From: the human T2T-CHM13v2.0 reference genome, Homo sapiens
Assembly (NCBI RefSeq): GCF_009914755.1
Contig: NC_060928.1
Length of the DNA: 64,000 nt
Direction: 5' to 3' (one strand)
The translations under genes were made by a program, and so were the position numbers. Below, in pieces: positions 12,679 to 24,680 of the stretch (positions are counted from its first letter, which is position 1; each line of letters opens with the position of its first letter). The notes beneath the pieces were generated by a model, which saw only the letters and a list, made by a program, of their open reading frames with translations, was not told the DNA's origin and searched no databases.

Positions 12679-12805
12679 ATCTCTCCTGCTGAGAAGAGGA
12701 ACAATGGGAAAAATAACACCTTTTCCCTCCAGCCAGGCATGTCTGCTTCCATTTTTCGGTTCACTTTTTGTCTTTGACCAGACACACATATAGAGTTGGA
12801 AGTAC
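12679..12805 (-). pseudogene. Exon remnant (127 nt, stop-free)
   Basis: tcatttcaag| ... GAT|GTGAGG. YFQLYMCVW...LEGKGVIFPIVPLLSRRD ~ SLQWGITSPLLRCD. Confidence 0.55.
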
Positions 12806-12876
12806 CTTGAAATGACAGATTTGTGTTTTGCAAAAATATTCTCTTGGCTTTGATAGGCAAATACTTCTTGACTTAC

Positions 12877-12939
12877 CTCTTCGTAGTAAGAGATGTGTAA
12901 ATCACTAGAGTCTTAGATTTGAACCCAAGATCTAGTCAA
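12877..12939 (-). pseudogene. 63-nt exon remnant (phase 2-2)
   Basis: Near-consensus sites tttgttttattttgtag| and GAG|GTAAGT; 71-nt intron to the next exon. Reads *LDLGFKSKTLVIYTSLTTKR. Confidence 0.55.
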
Positions 12940-13508
12940 CTACAAAATAAAACAAAAACCCAAGATAGCTGAGGGACATAATTAAATTTTGATTAATCTG
13001 GTATCTTAGAGTGTCTCTAGGCAATACTAACCTCTTACAAAATGATTTATTGCCTAACATGTCAGCTTGGGAAATACATGTTTCCAGCTGAAAGAGAATT
13101 TTATAGGGTAATAGGCCCACACTCTACCTCCAGGCAAAAAGTTTTCTAATATTGTCTCTACTAAACTCTCTCTACTTCTTTTTCTTTTTATAGCTCAGAT
13201 TTGAATTCTTTTCTGGTGAGCAAATATTAAATAAAAGCTTGTTTCTCAAATGTAATTCATCAAGGAGATTTTTGTTACCCTCACCCAAAAAGTTATCTAT
13301 TGAAATACTTTTTTCTCACCATCAGAATGAAATGAACACTATATTTTGGTTACCTTATGGTACCTGCATTGTAGATAAGTATAAATCTTGTGATTTTATT
13401 TTTTTAAAGCTTTGTATAGCATAGCCTTGTATTAGTATCACCTTCCCCCATGTCAGCTGTGTGGTCTTGTTCTAAGTATGTACTTTGGATAACCCTTCAT
13501 CAGGTGGC

Positions 13509-13670
13509 AGTGGTCCTCAAATTGTGGACTGCTTTTGCATCATCTGAAACTTGTTAGAGATGAAAATTTTCAAGCCCCCACTCCAGTCCGACTGAGTTTG
13601 AGACTCAGTGTTCTATATTTGAAAAGCTCTCCAGCAGAATATGATGCATGCTAAAGTTTGAGAACCACTG
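13509..13670. mobile_element. MER5A hAT-Charlie MITE
   Basis: TIRs cagtggtcctcaaa / tttgagaaccactg. Confidence 0.85.
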
Positions 13671-14058
13671 GGTAAGAGGACAGATCATAATCATCCAGAG
13701 CCCATAGTTCTGGATTGGGTTCACTCTTGGTGTTATACAGTCTATAGGTTTGGGCAAATTTTTATGGCATGTAGCCACCATTCTCATACACAGTATTTTC
13801 ACTGCCTTAAACTTCCTCTGTGCTCTGTCTCTTCACCTTTTCCTGCCTCCTCAACTACAGTTTTAAGGATTTTAAGATAAAGGAAGAAATTATAGCCTTT
13901 ATATCATTCATTCAGGCATTTCTTCAATCTATAGAAGTGTGAGACTTATTTTATAAAAAATCTGGGTGAGTAGGAAGCACTTTTATAAAATATGGGGAAA
14001 AAGAGAAGGGCGAGGATGTCAGAGTCCTGTTTGGACATCTTTTCTTGTGAAAGAGCAC

Positions 14059-14341
14059 CTCAAGAAGAAAAACACATCATTGCTAATAAGCCTGTCACTC
14101 ATAAACAGCATCCTTCAGGGATCTCCCTGTGGGCCTGGCAGAAGTGAGAGTGATCTCTCAAATTTCTTACTGGCTTTGAGGAGCAAACACCTGAGATCTT
14201 TTAGAATTAAAATTGGCAGGTCCTTTCAGAATCCTGCCTTTATCTCCCCCCAAATCTGAGACTGATAAACAAACAATTCATTCATCCACTGCCTGAGGCA
14301 TGCCCTGTTGCTTCCCGGGTAAGACTTGGTTCAGTTCAATC
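14059..14341 (-). pseudogene. Candidate GREB1-like exon remnant
   Basis: Acceptor ctattttcag|. VDE*IVCL...EIKAGF*KDLPILILKD loosely ~ [21 protein letters not shown]. One frameshift; weak donor GTGCTC. Confidence 0.45.
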
Positions 14342-14902
14342 CTGAAAATAGTCACATTGTTTCTTGTGGAAACTAAAAATCTGACAGTCAGCTGCCTCTC
14401 AGGACAGTTCAGTCTCACATCTTAGCAGATTCTCTGAGCCATCTGCAACTGATAAGCTTCCAGATCAAAGGCCAAAGGCCCCACCTGGCAGGGATCAGAC
14501 CTTAGTGAAGGAAAGGAGAAACTCGAGAAACTGTTGAGCTGAACTGTTTCCTTTTAGATAAAACTTTTGTTATTAGACGTGCCGTTATATTTAGCCATAG
14601 TATTTCAGAAATTCTATAGACCAGGACATTGATTTCAATAGGAGCAAGGCTAAGAACTTGGTAAAACAATTAGTTTAGAATTATTTCTCAAATGGAATGT
14701 TTTCCTGACTTTCACGGTTACTTCCTTTACTCAGACTACTGTCATCATTGTTTGCTTGGCTTAGTGAAAGGGTCTCCTAAACGATCTCTAGGGCTTCCAG
14801 TTGTTCCCAAACTCAGGTGACAACAAACTGTCAGTCATTTGAAGAGCAGATTCCTGGATCTTATCTACAGAGATGCATTCTTAACAAATACCAAGGGATC
14901 GC

Positions 14903-15218
14903 TGTATTAGTCTACAAGAGAAAGAGATTTAATTGACTCCGAGTTCCACATGGCTTGAGAGGCCTCACAATCATGGCGGAAGGTGAAGGGGAAGCAAGAC
15001 ATGCTTAGATGGCAGCAGGTAAGAGGGTGTGTGCAGGGCAATTCCCCTTTATAAAACCATCAGATCTTATGAGACTTATTTACTATCATGAGAATAGCAT
15101 GGGAAAACTCCTCCTCCAGGGTTCAGTTACCTCCCACCAGGTCCCTCCTAGGACACGTGGGATTTGGGAGCTACAATTCAAGATGAGGTTTAAGTGGGGA
15201 CGCAGTCAAACCATATCA
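14903..15218 (-). mobile_element. THE1 (MaLR) LTR, short internal deletion, within a MER5-like remnant
   Basis: tgtattagtc...ggcctcacaatcatggcggaaggtgaa...cagtcaaaccatatca. Confidence 0.85.
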
Positions 15219-15591
15219 GGATCCAGACCACATTTTGATGAACATTATTAACTCCATCTCCCTCTCTCCATTGTCTCTGCTTCCAGAGCCCTCGTTCTAT
15301 AGTGCAAACCTAACCATGTCAGTCTGCTCCAAGAAAATAGTTCACAGTGATTCAATGCCTTACAAAATAAGCACAGGCTCTTAGCCAGCAATAGTAGATA
15401 TCTTTTTACATGTATAAAGGCCTGATTTTTTTTTTCTATAATGTAGGTAAGACAAATTATAAAAGTAGATATGCTGCAAGAAATTCAAGAAATGACAGAT
15501 GTGGAAACCTTTACATAGGAAATCACTAAGTACAAAAGATAAGAAAGATGAAGCCAAGAATGAGACTAGTACTGAGAAAGCATGGAGTGAA

Positions 15592-15632
15592 ACACATATA
15601 TATACATATACACATATATATTGTATGTAGAG

Positions 15633-15679
<47 letters not shown>
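15592..15679. repeat. (TA)n/(TG)n microsatellite
   Basis: Visible tract. Confidence 0.9.
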
Positions 15680-15682
<3 letters not shown>

Positions 15683-15740
15683 TATGAGGAGAACTATCTT
15701 CTTGTTACTGAAACCAGAGAGAATGTGTTCCTGTGGGTAG

Positions 15741-16761
15741 TAAAGGAAATTAAAATATTTTACCTCCAAATATATTTCTTTTACGTATTTTGAGGTGGCT
15801 GTTTCAAGAGCCTGCAAACAGAAGTAACCTTGCAAAGCTGTATTTTGTCCTGGGGGAACGGAAGAGGCAGGGATTTGCATCTCTAGAGAATCTACCTTGA
15901 TACAGCCAGGTTTTCTCTGTGGCCTTCACTTGTCCGATCTAGGAAAGATTAACTGAGAATCTAATTACTTCAAAGATCTAAAAGAAACATTTACTATCTA
16001 TTCTCTCTGAGGGCTGCTACCTGTGAAGTTTATTTACATAACAAGACCACCTTTGCTAGCCAGGCCTCATCTTCTCCCCCAACACCCTCCCTCCCCCATA
16101 GCCCATAGCTTATTTTGCCACTGTCTTAGGCTGTTCTTGTGTCACTATAAAAAAAAAACCTGAGAATGGGTGGCTTATAAAGGAAAGAGGTTAAATTGGC
16201 TCACAGTTCTGCAGGTTGTATAGGAAGCATGGTGCCGGCATCTGCTCGGCTTCTCGGGATGCCTCAGGAAGCTTTCGCTCATGGTGGAAGGTGAAGCTTG
16301 AGCAGGCACAGCATATGGCAAGAGGAGGAGTGGAGAGAGAGAAAGAGACAGACAGAGAGGAAGAGTAGGGTTTACACATGTAAACCACCAGATTTCACTC
16401 ACTATTGTGAGGACAGCACCAAGCCATGAGAGATCTGCCCCCATGACCCAAATACTTCCACCAGGCCCCACCCCCAACATTGGGGATTACAAATCAACAT
16501 GAGATTTGAAAGGGACATAGGTTCAAACTATATCAGCCACCATAGCCTGGTTTGCAAGGATCCAAGCACACATTCTTTTGGTAAACTCAAGATGGTATAT
16601 AGGCTTCTGAACCCCACTGGGGGATTGGGTAATCATTCTGTGGTTCTCCCCCATGTGCATATTAATAAATGTGTATGCCTTTTCTCGAATCTGCCTTTTG
16701 TGAGTTGACTTTTCAGCAAAACTTTACAGGGCAAAGAAGAAGTATTCCCTTGGCCCCGACA
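15741..16761 (+). mobile_element. MER39-like ERV1 solo LTR with nested MST LTR
   Basis: aaggaaattaaaatattttacc...cccttggccccgaca; near-TSD gtag/gtaa. Confidence 0.7.
16122..16535 (-). mobile_element. MST (MaLR) solo LTR
   Basis: TSD GCCAC. Confidence 0.9.
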
Positions 16762-18209
16762 GTAAGACACCTTAAAATATAATGAATAATATCCTCATAA
16801 TAAATACAGCAATCAGTTTCCTAGGGCTGTTTCACATGTCCTCACCTGTTGATCAGTGGTATAAGGCCTGGCATAAAAACTGGCATATAAAAACTAACCT
16901 GAAGCACAGTTCTACAATGCTTTGGTAGAACGGGGTGTTCTTCTCACCTCTGACTTAATTGAGGGATATATTTTTAAACTGTCTAAAATAGAATTCTACA
17001 AAATTTAGTAGGAGCGGGGTATGAGTTAAACAAAAATTTATTAAATTCTAACCCACAGCCATAAATAACTCTCCCTCCACTGAGCTTTAAGTAGATATTA
17101 TGTAGTAATAAATTTCATGTTGTACTCAGATAAATTCCTGGAGTGCAAACTTGTATAATGTTGTTAAAGTGTATGCAGACATAATTGAACAACCCTCGGG
17201 TATGGGATAGAATTTCCATTCTATTGTAAAAATTGAGTAGCCTAACAGTCACAAAACTCCCCTCAAAAGCCCTTTTCTGAGGTGGCCCAAGGCAGTATGT
17301 CTAGGCAGGAGAAATTATGCTCAAGAAGTAAAATTTCGTCTTCCCAAACACAAAGAACTAATGCAACCAGTTCCATAATTAACCTGGAACATTTGTAAAA
17401 TAGATTGATGTAACTCTTTTTGAAGAATGTGGTTATCCTCATTTTGTGATGACAAAATGAAGCTTAAGAGAAGTGAAGTAACTCGGCTAGTAAGTAACAA
17501 AGCTGAGATTCAAACCCATATCTGGTTGTCTGCAAAGCCCATCTTTTTAACTCCTACACTACACTACTCTTTTTCAAAAACCATTTCTACCAACCCTGAC
17601 TCCCGTGATATTAAGATGCCTCATTAATGGACAGAATTCATATTGAACTTACTTGTCTAGTCCATAATCAAGTTCTCTTCATAGAATTGAAGACTGGGGA
17701 ACATTAGCACAGTGTATGAGGCCTTCGTAGTTTAGCTAGTACTACTTATCCAGTCACCCCTATGCATCTACTCTGGTCTCAAGTATACCAAACCACTTGT
17801 ACCATGCTCTTCTGCCATATACCTCAGCATACCATTGATTCTACACAGAATGCTCTCTCCTCTAATGCAACAGGCAGGCTTCTAGTCACTCTTCAAGTCT
17901 CAATTCAAACATTTCATCTAATTTTTTGCTGTGGGATAATATAGCTTATATAAAAGTGGGAGGCATATATTTGTCCAGATTGTTTTAATACATACCATAG
18001 GGATGGTTAGTTAGCATTTTGAAGTACCCTGATAAATAACTGACAGTCTGTGAGTAGGTATTTAGTACTTCATATATTGTTATTTGAATCTATACCAAAG
18101 GATTTATAAATCAGCAAAAGGATAGTAGAATTTGTTTTTTTGTTTTTGTGAAATCAACACTTCTTAAGGTAAGTGGTAAGTTAGGATACTTTCTAAAGGC
18201 CACATACAC

Positions 18210-18365
18210 CTGCATAAAAGTAGTACAGAATAAAAACAATGGGTACATCCATAGACTAGACGAATATCATCAGTGCACCACTTAAGTTCCAGAGCCCAGT
18301 TAGTCTTATGTCCTTCCACTTTTGGAGCCTGGTTAGTCCTGTTATCAGAAGATATTTGTATCAAC
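18210..18365 (-). pseudogene. Candidate exon (156 nt, phase 2-2, stop-free)
   Basis: ttttactttgaag| ... CAG|GTGTAT. LIQISSDNRTNQAPKVEGH...YSVLLLCR. Phase fits neighbours. Confidence 0.45.
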
Positions 18366-19476
18366 CTTCAAAGTAAAACTTTCTTGCAATTAAGACAGAG
18401 AGTGGTACTTGCCTAAGCCCTGAGAACAAGCTGTTTTACTGTTTTGTGCTGATTTTTTAGTAGATGTACATACATTCAACAGAATTTGGTCTAAGATTTG
18501 CTTTCATCATAATATGCCACCTGGTGTGATGGTAGAGAGTAATGATAGTTATCAACCCTACATACCACTAGTCACAAAAGGGATACTAGATATTTACCCA
18601 ATGAGACAAACTTCACTGCTTAGCCAAAATCTCTGAGACAAGTTTACGTCATCTTAGTTAATCCTTCCCTGAGTATCCCAAATGGTGCACTCTATTTCTA
18701 TTCCATATCCTATTATGTTTTATCCCATTAAATGAATGAATATAATGTATGTTGCATTACAGCCATGTTTTGTGGCCTTTTAGTACTTATAACCTATCAA
18801 TGCCATACATTTTTTGTACTTACTGAAAAAATATTAAATCTACGACTATAATGGAATACAATATTGCACATGCTTTTTAAAAACATCCACACATATCTAT
18901 TTCTACTTGCTACATATTCTGTTATACATATTTTGTTTTATATCTTTTGTCTAACTTTAGAATCCCTGCTAGACTTACACACATGTTCATGCACACAAGC
19001 ACACACAAGCATTTCCAAATACATTTTGGTCCCCCGAGGGACACCTTATTCATGCATGTTTAGCAAATGGCTAAAAATGAGTCTTATATACAAGGCAAGC
19101 AATAAATATCTGTTCAATGAATAAATGACAGAAATAATAGATAAGTATATATTCCTTGTCACATGACTCTTCCCGTTTTATCAAGGGACAGAGAGATGAT
19201 TCATAATAAAGGCATTTTCAGAAGACTCAAGGAACCAACCAATGAACCAATATAAAGTTATTTCATTGAACCCATTTGTTAGTGAGTCAGCATTCTTTCC
19301 TCGCTTTGGTTTTCTTTATAGCCAATTAAGATCTTTGCAAAATAGTTTACATACTTTCTTCTTAGACAAATATCTGGCTGTATTCATCTAGAATTTGCAA
19401 TATTATCTATTTTGCAAACTAAAATCCTAGCCGAAACTGATGTTGACATCCTATTGCAATGTGGTTCTACCAGATA

Positions 19477-19768
<292 letters not shown>

Positions 19769-20216
19769 AGATTATTTATAAATAGTAAATGTTGTACAAT
19801 TAATAAGCTTGCTACATATCTGTTATTCAGGTGACTAGGTGTAGTGTAAACAATTAGCAGGTAAAGAAAAGGTACCTGATGTCACAAGACTTGTAACTAA
19901 AAAAGTCTAGGTGAGTCTGAAGAAAAGGGGGAAAGGAAAATATTAGGCTAAATGTAAGTTGTAGTACATTAGTTGAGTGATTAAAATCAAACATCTGTTA
20001 TGAACAACACAAGTGAAGCCAGTAAGAGAGTTGCTATACATTTAGTGGTTTTCAAGCTTAGCTATTTTAAAAAGAGCTGATATTCAGGCTGCATCCTAGA
20101 AAAACTATCAGATACTCAGGATGTGACCCAGGTCTTTGTATTCTTCTTGAATTTCCCAGAAGATTCCAAGATTTAGAGAACAAAGGTTGCACCTCACTGC
20201 TATGATTGAAACTGAC

Positions 20217-20343
20217 CTACATGAAAAACACATGACTGGAAAAAAGCCTATGGTGGCAGCAGTAGCATATTAGAATAGCTTTGGTATCATTCCTCAGGAG
20301 GTTGAAATATCTCTTATGGCCCATACATGGGTTATGACAGGAG
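20217..20343 (-). pseudogene. GREB1-like exon remnant (127 nt)
   Basis: cttag| ... AG|GTCAGT. HKRYFNLLRNDTKAI ~ QKEVNYELVTGKVDSL (weak); frameshifted. Confidence 0.45.
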
Positions 20344-20743
20344 CTAAGTTTTAAAATCACATTAATCAATTGTAAACTCTTTAGAGTGTATTTATTGGGT
20401 TTAGGGTGAAAACAAGTATCAGATTTGGTATGTATAGAAGGAAAGCATGGGAGCTGAATTAAATACTGCAAACGGCATAAGAACCACCTTCCTTTCATGG
20501 TGGGAGGGTGGAACTTTTCTTCCAGATAGCCAGGTACAAGAGAAAACACAGCAGATGTACTTTGCATTGAATAAAGACTACACATCCTCCTTAATCACCA
20601 CCTTTCCTTTTTATGGAGTAAGTGTGAATTATTGTCAGTTTCATCATTTGTAATCAGTGGCTGAAACAGATGCTGAAGGTTTAGTTTAAAATGATATGTG
20701 TCTCTTATAACAATTTGCAATATGCTCTCCAAGGACTATTTAC

Positions 20744-21030
20744 CTTCCGCATTGCAGAAACTCACTGCAAAGGAGTTTATTCTTAAAAGCATTTGAGGTA
20801 AATTAAGCACAATGAATGCAACTTTCGTTAGAGATAACATTTAGCAGAGTTATTATAGGGCTTACTATGTCTGCAGTGAGTGGGCATTTGCCTTAATGAC
20901 TTTGTTTAACAAGCTTTCAATTCCTTGCTTATGTGATTTAAATGCTCTTATAACTATTTGCCCTTAGGAGTTTGGTACCAACACAAGGCAATCACAATTT
21001 GTTTTTTTGTTATTTTTAAACCAAGTTAGT
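20744..21030 (-). pseudogene. GREB1-like exon remnant (best match)
   Basis: Donor AAG|GTAAAT. VIRAFKSHKQGIESLLNKVIK/GKCPLT aligns ungapped (one frameshift) to VIECAYSLAEGLSEMFRLLVEGKLAKT. Followed by NESCI ~ IDSCI and FKNKLLCSEFL ~ YQARILSESLL. 5' boundary approximate. Confidence 0.75.
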
Positions 21031-21929
21031 ATGTAAGAGAAATATATTTATAGTTCTGATATCAAGGGTAATGACAAAATTCTTAAGTTTGTTGTGCATG
21101 TTACACTAGGCATTAGCATCATATATTTATAATATAAAATATATCCATCCACACACACAAGTTGCTCATTTCATACACAGAGCTAGCTAAGTGTATACAA
21201 TGAATAGAAAAGTATATCAACTTCATTTTCTAGATGAATCACAGAAAAGCACATATTTTGAAAATGAAATACTGCAGGTACCTTGAAGAAAGTCAGAACC
21301 AAAATCAAGGTAGGACATAAAAGTTTTTGTTCTGATCTATAACACTTTGGATTTTTTCAAAAATAATATGTTCATTTACTATTTGTGTAACTAAAAATGA
21401 GCTATATAACAATGACTAAAAGGAAATAACATAAAAAGAGAAATGCCATAGAAAACTTAGAAACTGTAAATGACCAAAGTATAGTCCTTAATAATGTGAG
21501 AATATGAGAACCAAGCTAATTTTAAGAATTAATCATTAAGACGCAGAATTTAACAAAACAAAAAAAAATTTTTAAAAGATTAGTTTTATTATCAAAATGG
21601 CACAAAAACTAAATTCTTCTGCAATTTCAATTCCAATACCAATTTTAAAAATTTAAGTTTATGTTTTTGTGTAGTGGAGTGAGTATCTGCCAGTTAATCT
21701 ATGACACTTCATGATATTTCATGAACACTTCAATAGTCCTCTAAACAGAATCAGCCCTTTGTCCTTGGGGTTTTCCACAAGATAGGGTAGATTTTTCCCT
21801 TAAAATTGATATACACAGCCCAGAATATTGGTGGAATGTTTAATTCCTCAAGTTCTAAATATACTTTTTAGGCCATCAGCCATATAAGGTGTATATATTC
21901 CTCCTTCCCTTTGTCTTGATAAAACTGAC

Positions 21930-22061
21930 GGACTTCAGATTATCAAGCAAAGAGATCACTTTATTATATTGTATCAGGATTATTCTTCAAATGACATTAC
22001 CAAATGTATCCCATTATTAAAGAAAATGGGTGCTTTGTTTGATTTAATAAAGCAACATTTA
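21930..22061 (-). pseudogene. Possible exon remnant
   Basis: Acceptor cctctcttcag|, phase compatible with the 28284 donor. Donor ambiguous (22000 or 21929); no motif match. Confidence 0.3.
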
Positions 22062-22100
22062 CTGAAGAGAGGTCATAGTAGACTTACAAAAAGTATGGGG

Positions 22101-22482
22101 TGGTATGGACTGAATTACTTCCCCCCAAAATTTATGTTTGAAACTCTAATTTTCAAAGTGACTATAATCTGAGGTAAGGCCTGTGGGTGGTAATTTAGGT
22201 TAAATGAGGTTGTAAATAGGGTCCTAATTCGAAGGAGTGGTGACTTTATGAGAAGCAGAAAGAAGGGAGAGATGTCTTTCTCCTTTAACACATGAAGAAG
22301 TCCTGTGAGCACACAGTGAGTAGGCTGCCACCTACAAACGATGAGAAGAGACCTCAGAATGAAATTTACTTTCTGGAATCTTAATCTTGGACTTCTAGCC
22401 TTCAGAACTATGAGAAATAAATGTCTGTTGTTGGACCCATCCACCCTATGGTATTTTGTTATGACCGCCCTGAGCAGTCTAA
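22101..22482 (+). mobile_element. MLT1A/B LTR
   Basis: tggtatggactgaatt...agaaataaatgtctgttgtt...ccctatggtattttgttat. Confidence 0.8.
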
Positions 22483-22557
22483 AATGTGGGTGTTCTACTC
22501 TTTTCTGCCACTGGGAAAAGGACATATCAGATTTTTGCCAATAACTTACTTCTCCCA

Positions 22558-23019
22558 TGTGGTGGGTTGAGAGGTAGTTCCCAAAGAGATACGTCCATAG
22601 CCTATCCTCAGACTTGTAAATATTAACTTATACGGCAAAAGATTGACTATTATCTTACATGGTAACAGATGTGATTCAGTTAAGAATTTTGAGATGAGGG
22701 GATTATCTAAGATTTTTCTGGTCAGGCCTTAAATGCCATTATAAGTGTCCTTGTTAGAAAAGGCAAGGTAGATAACATCGAAGAGGAGGTGGCAGTGTGG
22801 CCAGGGAGGCAGAGACTGGAGTGATACAGCTACAAGTTAACAAACACTGACAGCCACCAGAATCTAGAAGAGGCGAAGAACTATCTTAGAGCCTCCCAAA
22901 GAGGTGTGGCTCTATAAACACTTTAATTTTGTGCTTCTGGCTTCTAAAAATGTAAAATTTCTATTTTAAGCCATTCAATTTGTGGTAATTTTTTATAGCA
23001 GCCAGAGGAAACTAGTACA
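22558..23019 (+). mobile_element. MLT1C/D LTR
   Basis: tgtggtgggttga...atagcagccagaggaaactagtaca. Confidence 0.8.
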
Positions 23020-23199
23020 CCCCATTTCAGTTTGCTCATCCATTTTCAGTGGATCCACAGTCTCTCTACACATCTCATATTTCTTTATAAAACATTTAAA
23101 ACTCCTAAGTTAAACCATGTGTGTGTGCATGTGTATACAAGTAAGTCTTGAGACATTTGGGAAGTCTCTGTTAACTTTGTCAACTTCATTTAAAAATCA

Positions 23200-24680
23200 G
23201 TTCCTCATATTCTAAGGATGTATTGTTAGATATATTCCCATTAAAAACAAGAATAAGGCAAGGATTCTGGCTTAACCCTTATCTATAACATTATTTTAAA
23301 ATTCTTCTGAATTATATGAAAATACAATAAGGCTCAAAAATAAGGGATTTACCTATTAAACAAGAGGAGAAAAATAATTATGAGCAAATGACATGAGTTT
23401 CCACTTGGAAGTTAAATAGAACTTACCAGAAACTGTTAATATGTGAGTACAAAAAAGAAAGCAATTAAGAGTGGCTTAAACATAGTGACAGCTTTATGTC
23501 AGCTGTACTCAACTAAAGTTAAGATGTCATAATAAAATCTTGGTAAAAATATAAATTATTTAAAATTTAACTATTATAAGAACTATAAGGGGCTGGCTGT
23601 AGTGGCTCATGCCTGTAATCCCAGCACTTTGGGAAGCCGGGGCAGGCAGATCACTTGGGCCCAGGAGTTTGACACCAGCCTGGGAAACATTGGCAAAACC
23701 CTGCCACTACAAAAAATAGAAAAATTAGTTGGCCGTGGTAGCATGTGCCTGCAGTCCAAGTTACTTGGGAGGCTGAGGTGGGAGGATCACTTGAGCCTGA
23801 GAGGTCAAGGCTACAGTGAGCTGTGATCACACCACTGCTCTCCAGATTGGGCAACAGAGTGAGAATTTGTCTCAAAAACAAACCAAAACAAAAAAACTAT
23901 AAAACACATAAAAACAAAAATTAAATTCCTATGGAATACATGTAGAAAAAGGCATGCTATATTTCTTGATGGCAAAATTATTTTTAAAGCAATAAGTATC
24001 TGCCAAATTAATAGTTTGGCTTAATGTAATTGTAATCAAATTGTACAATGTTAATTGTAATCAAATAAATCTTAGCTAGATTTATTTAGACTTTAACTCA
24101 AGATTTGTTTGAAAGAATAAATAAGCCAGAAAGGCTAAGAAAAAAAGACTAATATCATAAAGATACAATTTTTTTAAGTCAAAATTTTCTAATACTGCCA
24201 AACAAAATCAACAGATCAATGAAACAAAATAGATAGCCCTATCAGTCATAGTAATTTTATGTTAAGGGGACACATCAACAATTATTAGTGAATGGGAGGG
24301 CTATTCATCAAATGATTGGGAACATTAGATGATTATTTTGAAAACTATAAAGTTTAATTTTTAGCATATAACAAAATTCTGGATACACTGAAAAGTTAAT
24401 AACAAAGATAAAATTTTAAAATACTATTTATAATTTATATGAACATTCTTCTGAGCTCTGAATTGAGGACTTCTCAAACATACAATATTTAGTTTTAAAA
24501 AATCCATAATAAAAACATTTTATATTTTACTACATAAAAATCATAATCATAAAAATCTAACATTCGTATTCATAAAAACATTGATGAACAAAATGAAAAG
24601 TCAACCTCAAGAGAATATACACTATAAACATGATGGATATAGTTTTTATCATTAATTACATAATGGAGATGTTATTTTTG
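23200..24680 (+). mobile_element. Degraded L1M ORF2 fragment with nested Alu
   Basis: A-rich L1 ORF2 motifs (aacaagaataaggcaaggat, acagatcaatgaaacaaaataga). Confidence 0.6.
23590..23896 (+). mobile_element. AluJ
   Basis: J diagnostics (ggaggatcacttgagcc, aaggctacagtgagctgtgat). Confidence 0.9.

Noticed and set aside
19355-19387. 33-nt phase 2-2 micro-exon candidate (tag|...|gtatgt)
   Set aside because: Poor pyrimidine tract, an in-frame stop and no motif support.
20217-20585. 122-aa minus-strand ORF as a standalone gene
   Set aside because: Only its last third is the exon remnant; the rest is intronic read-through.
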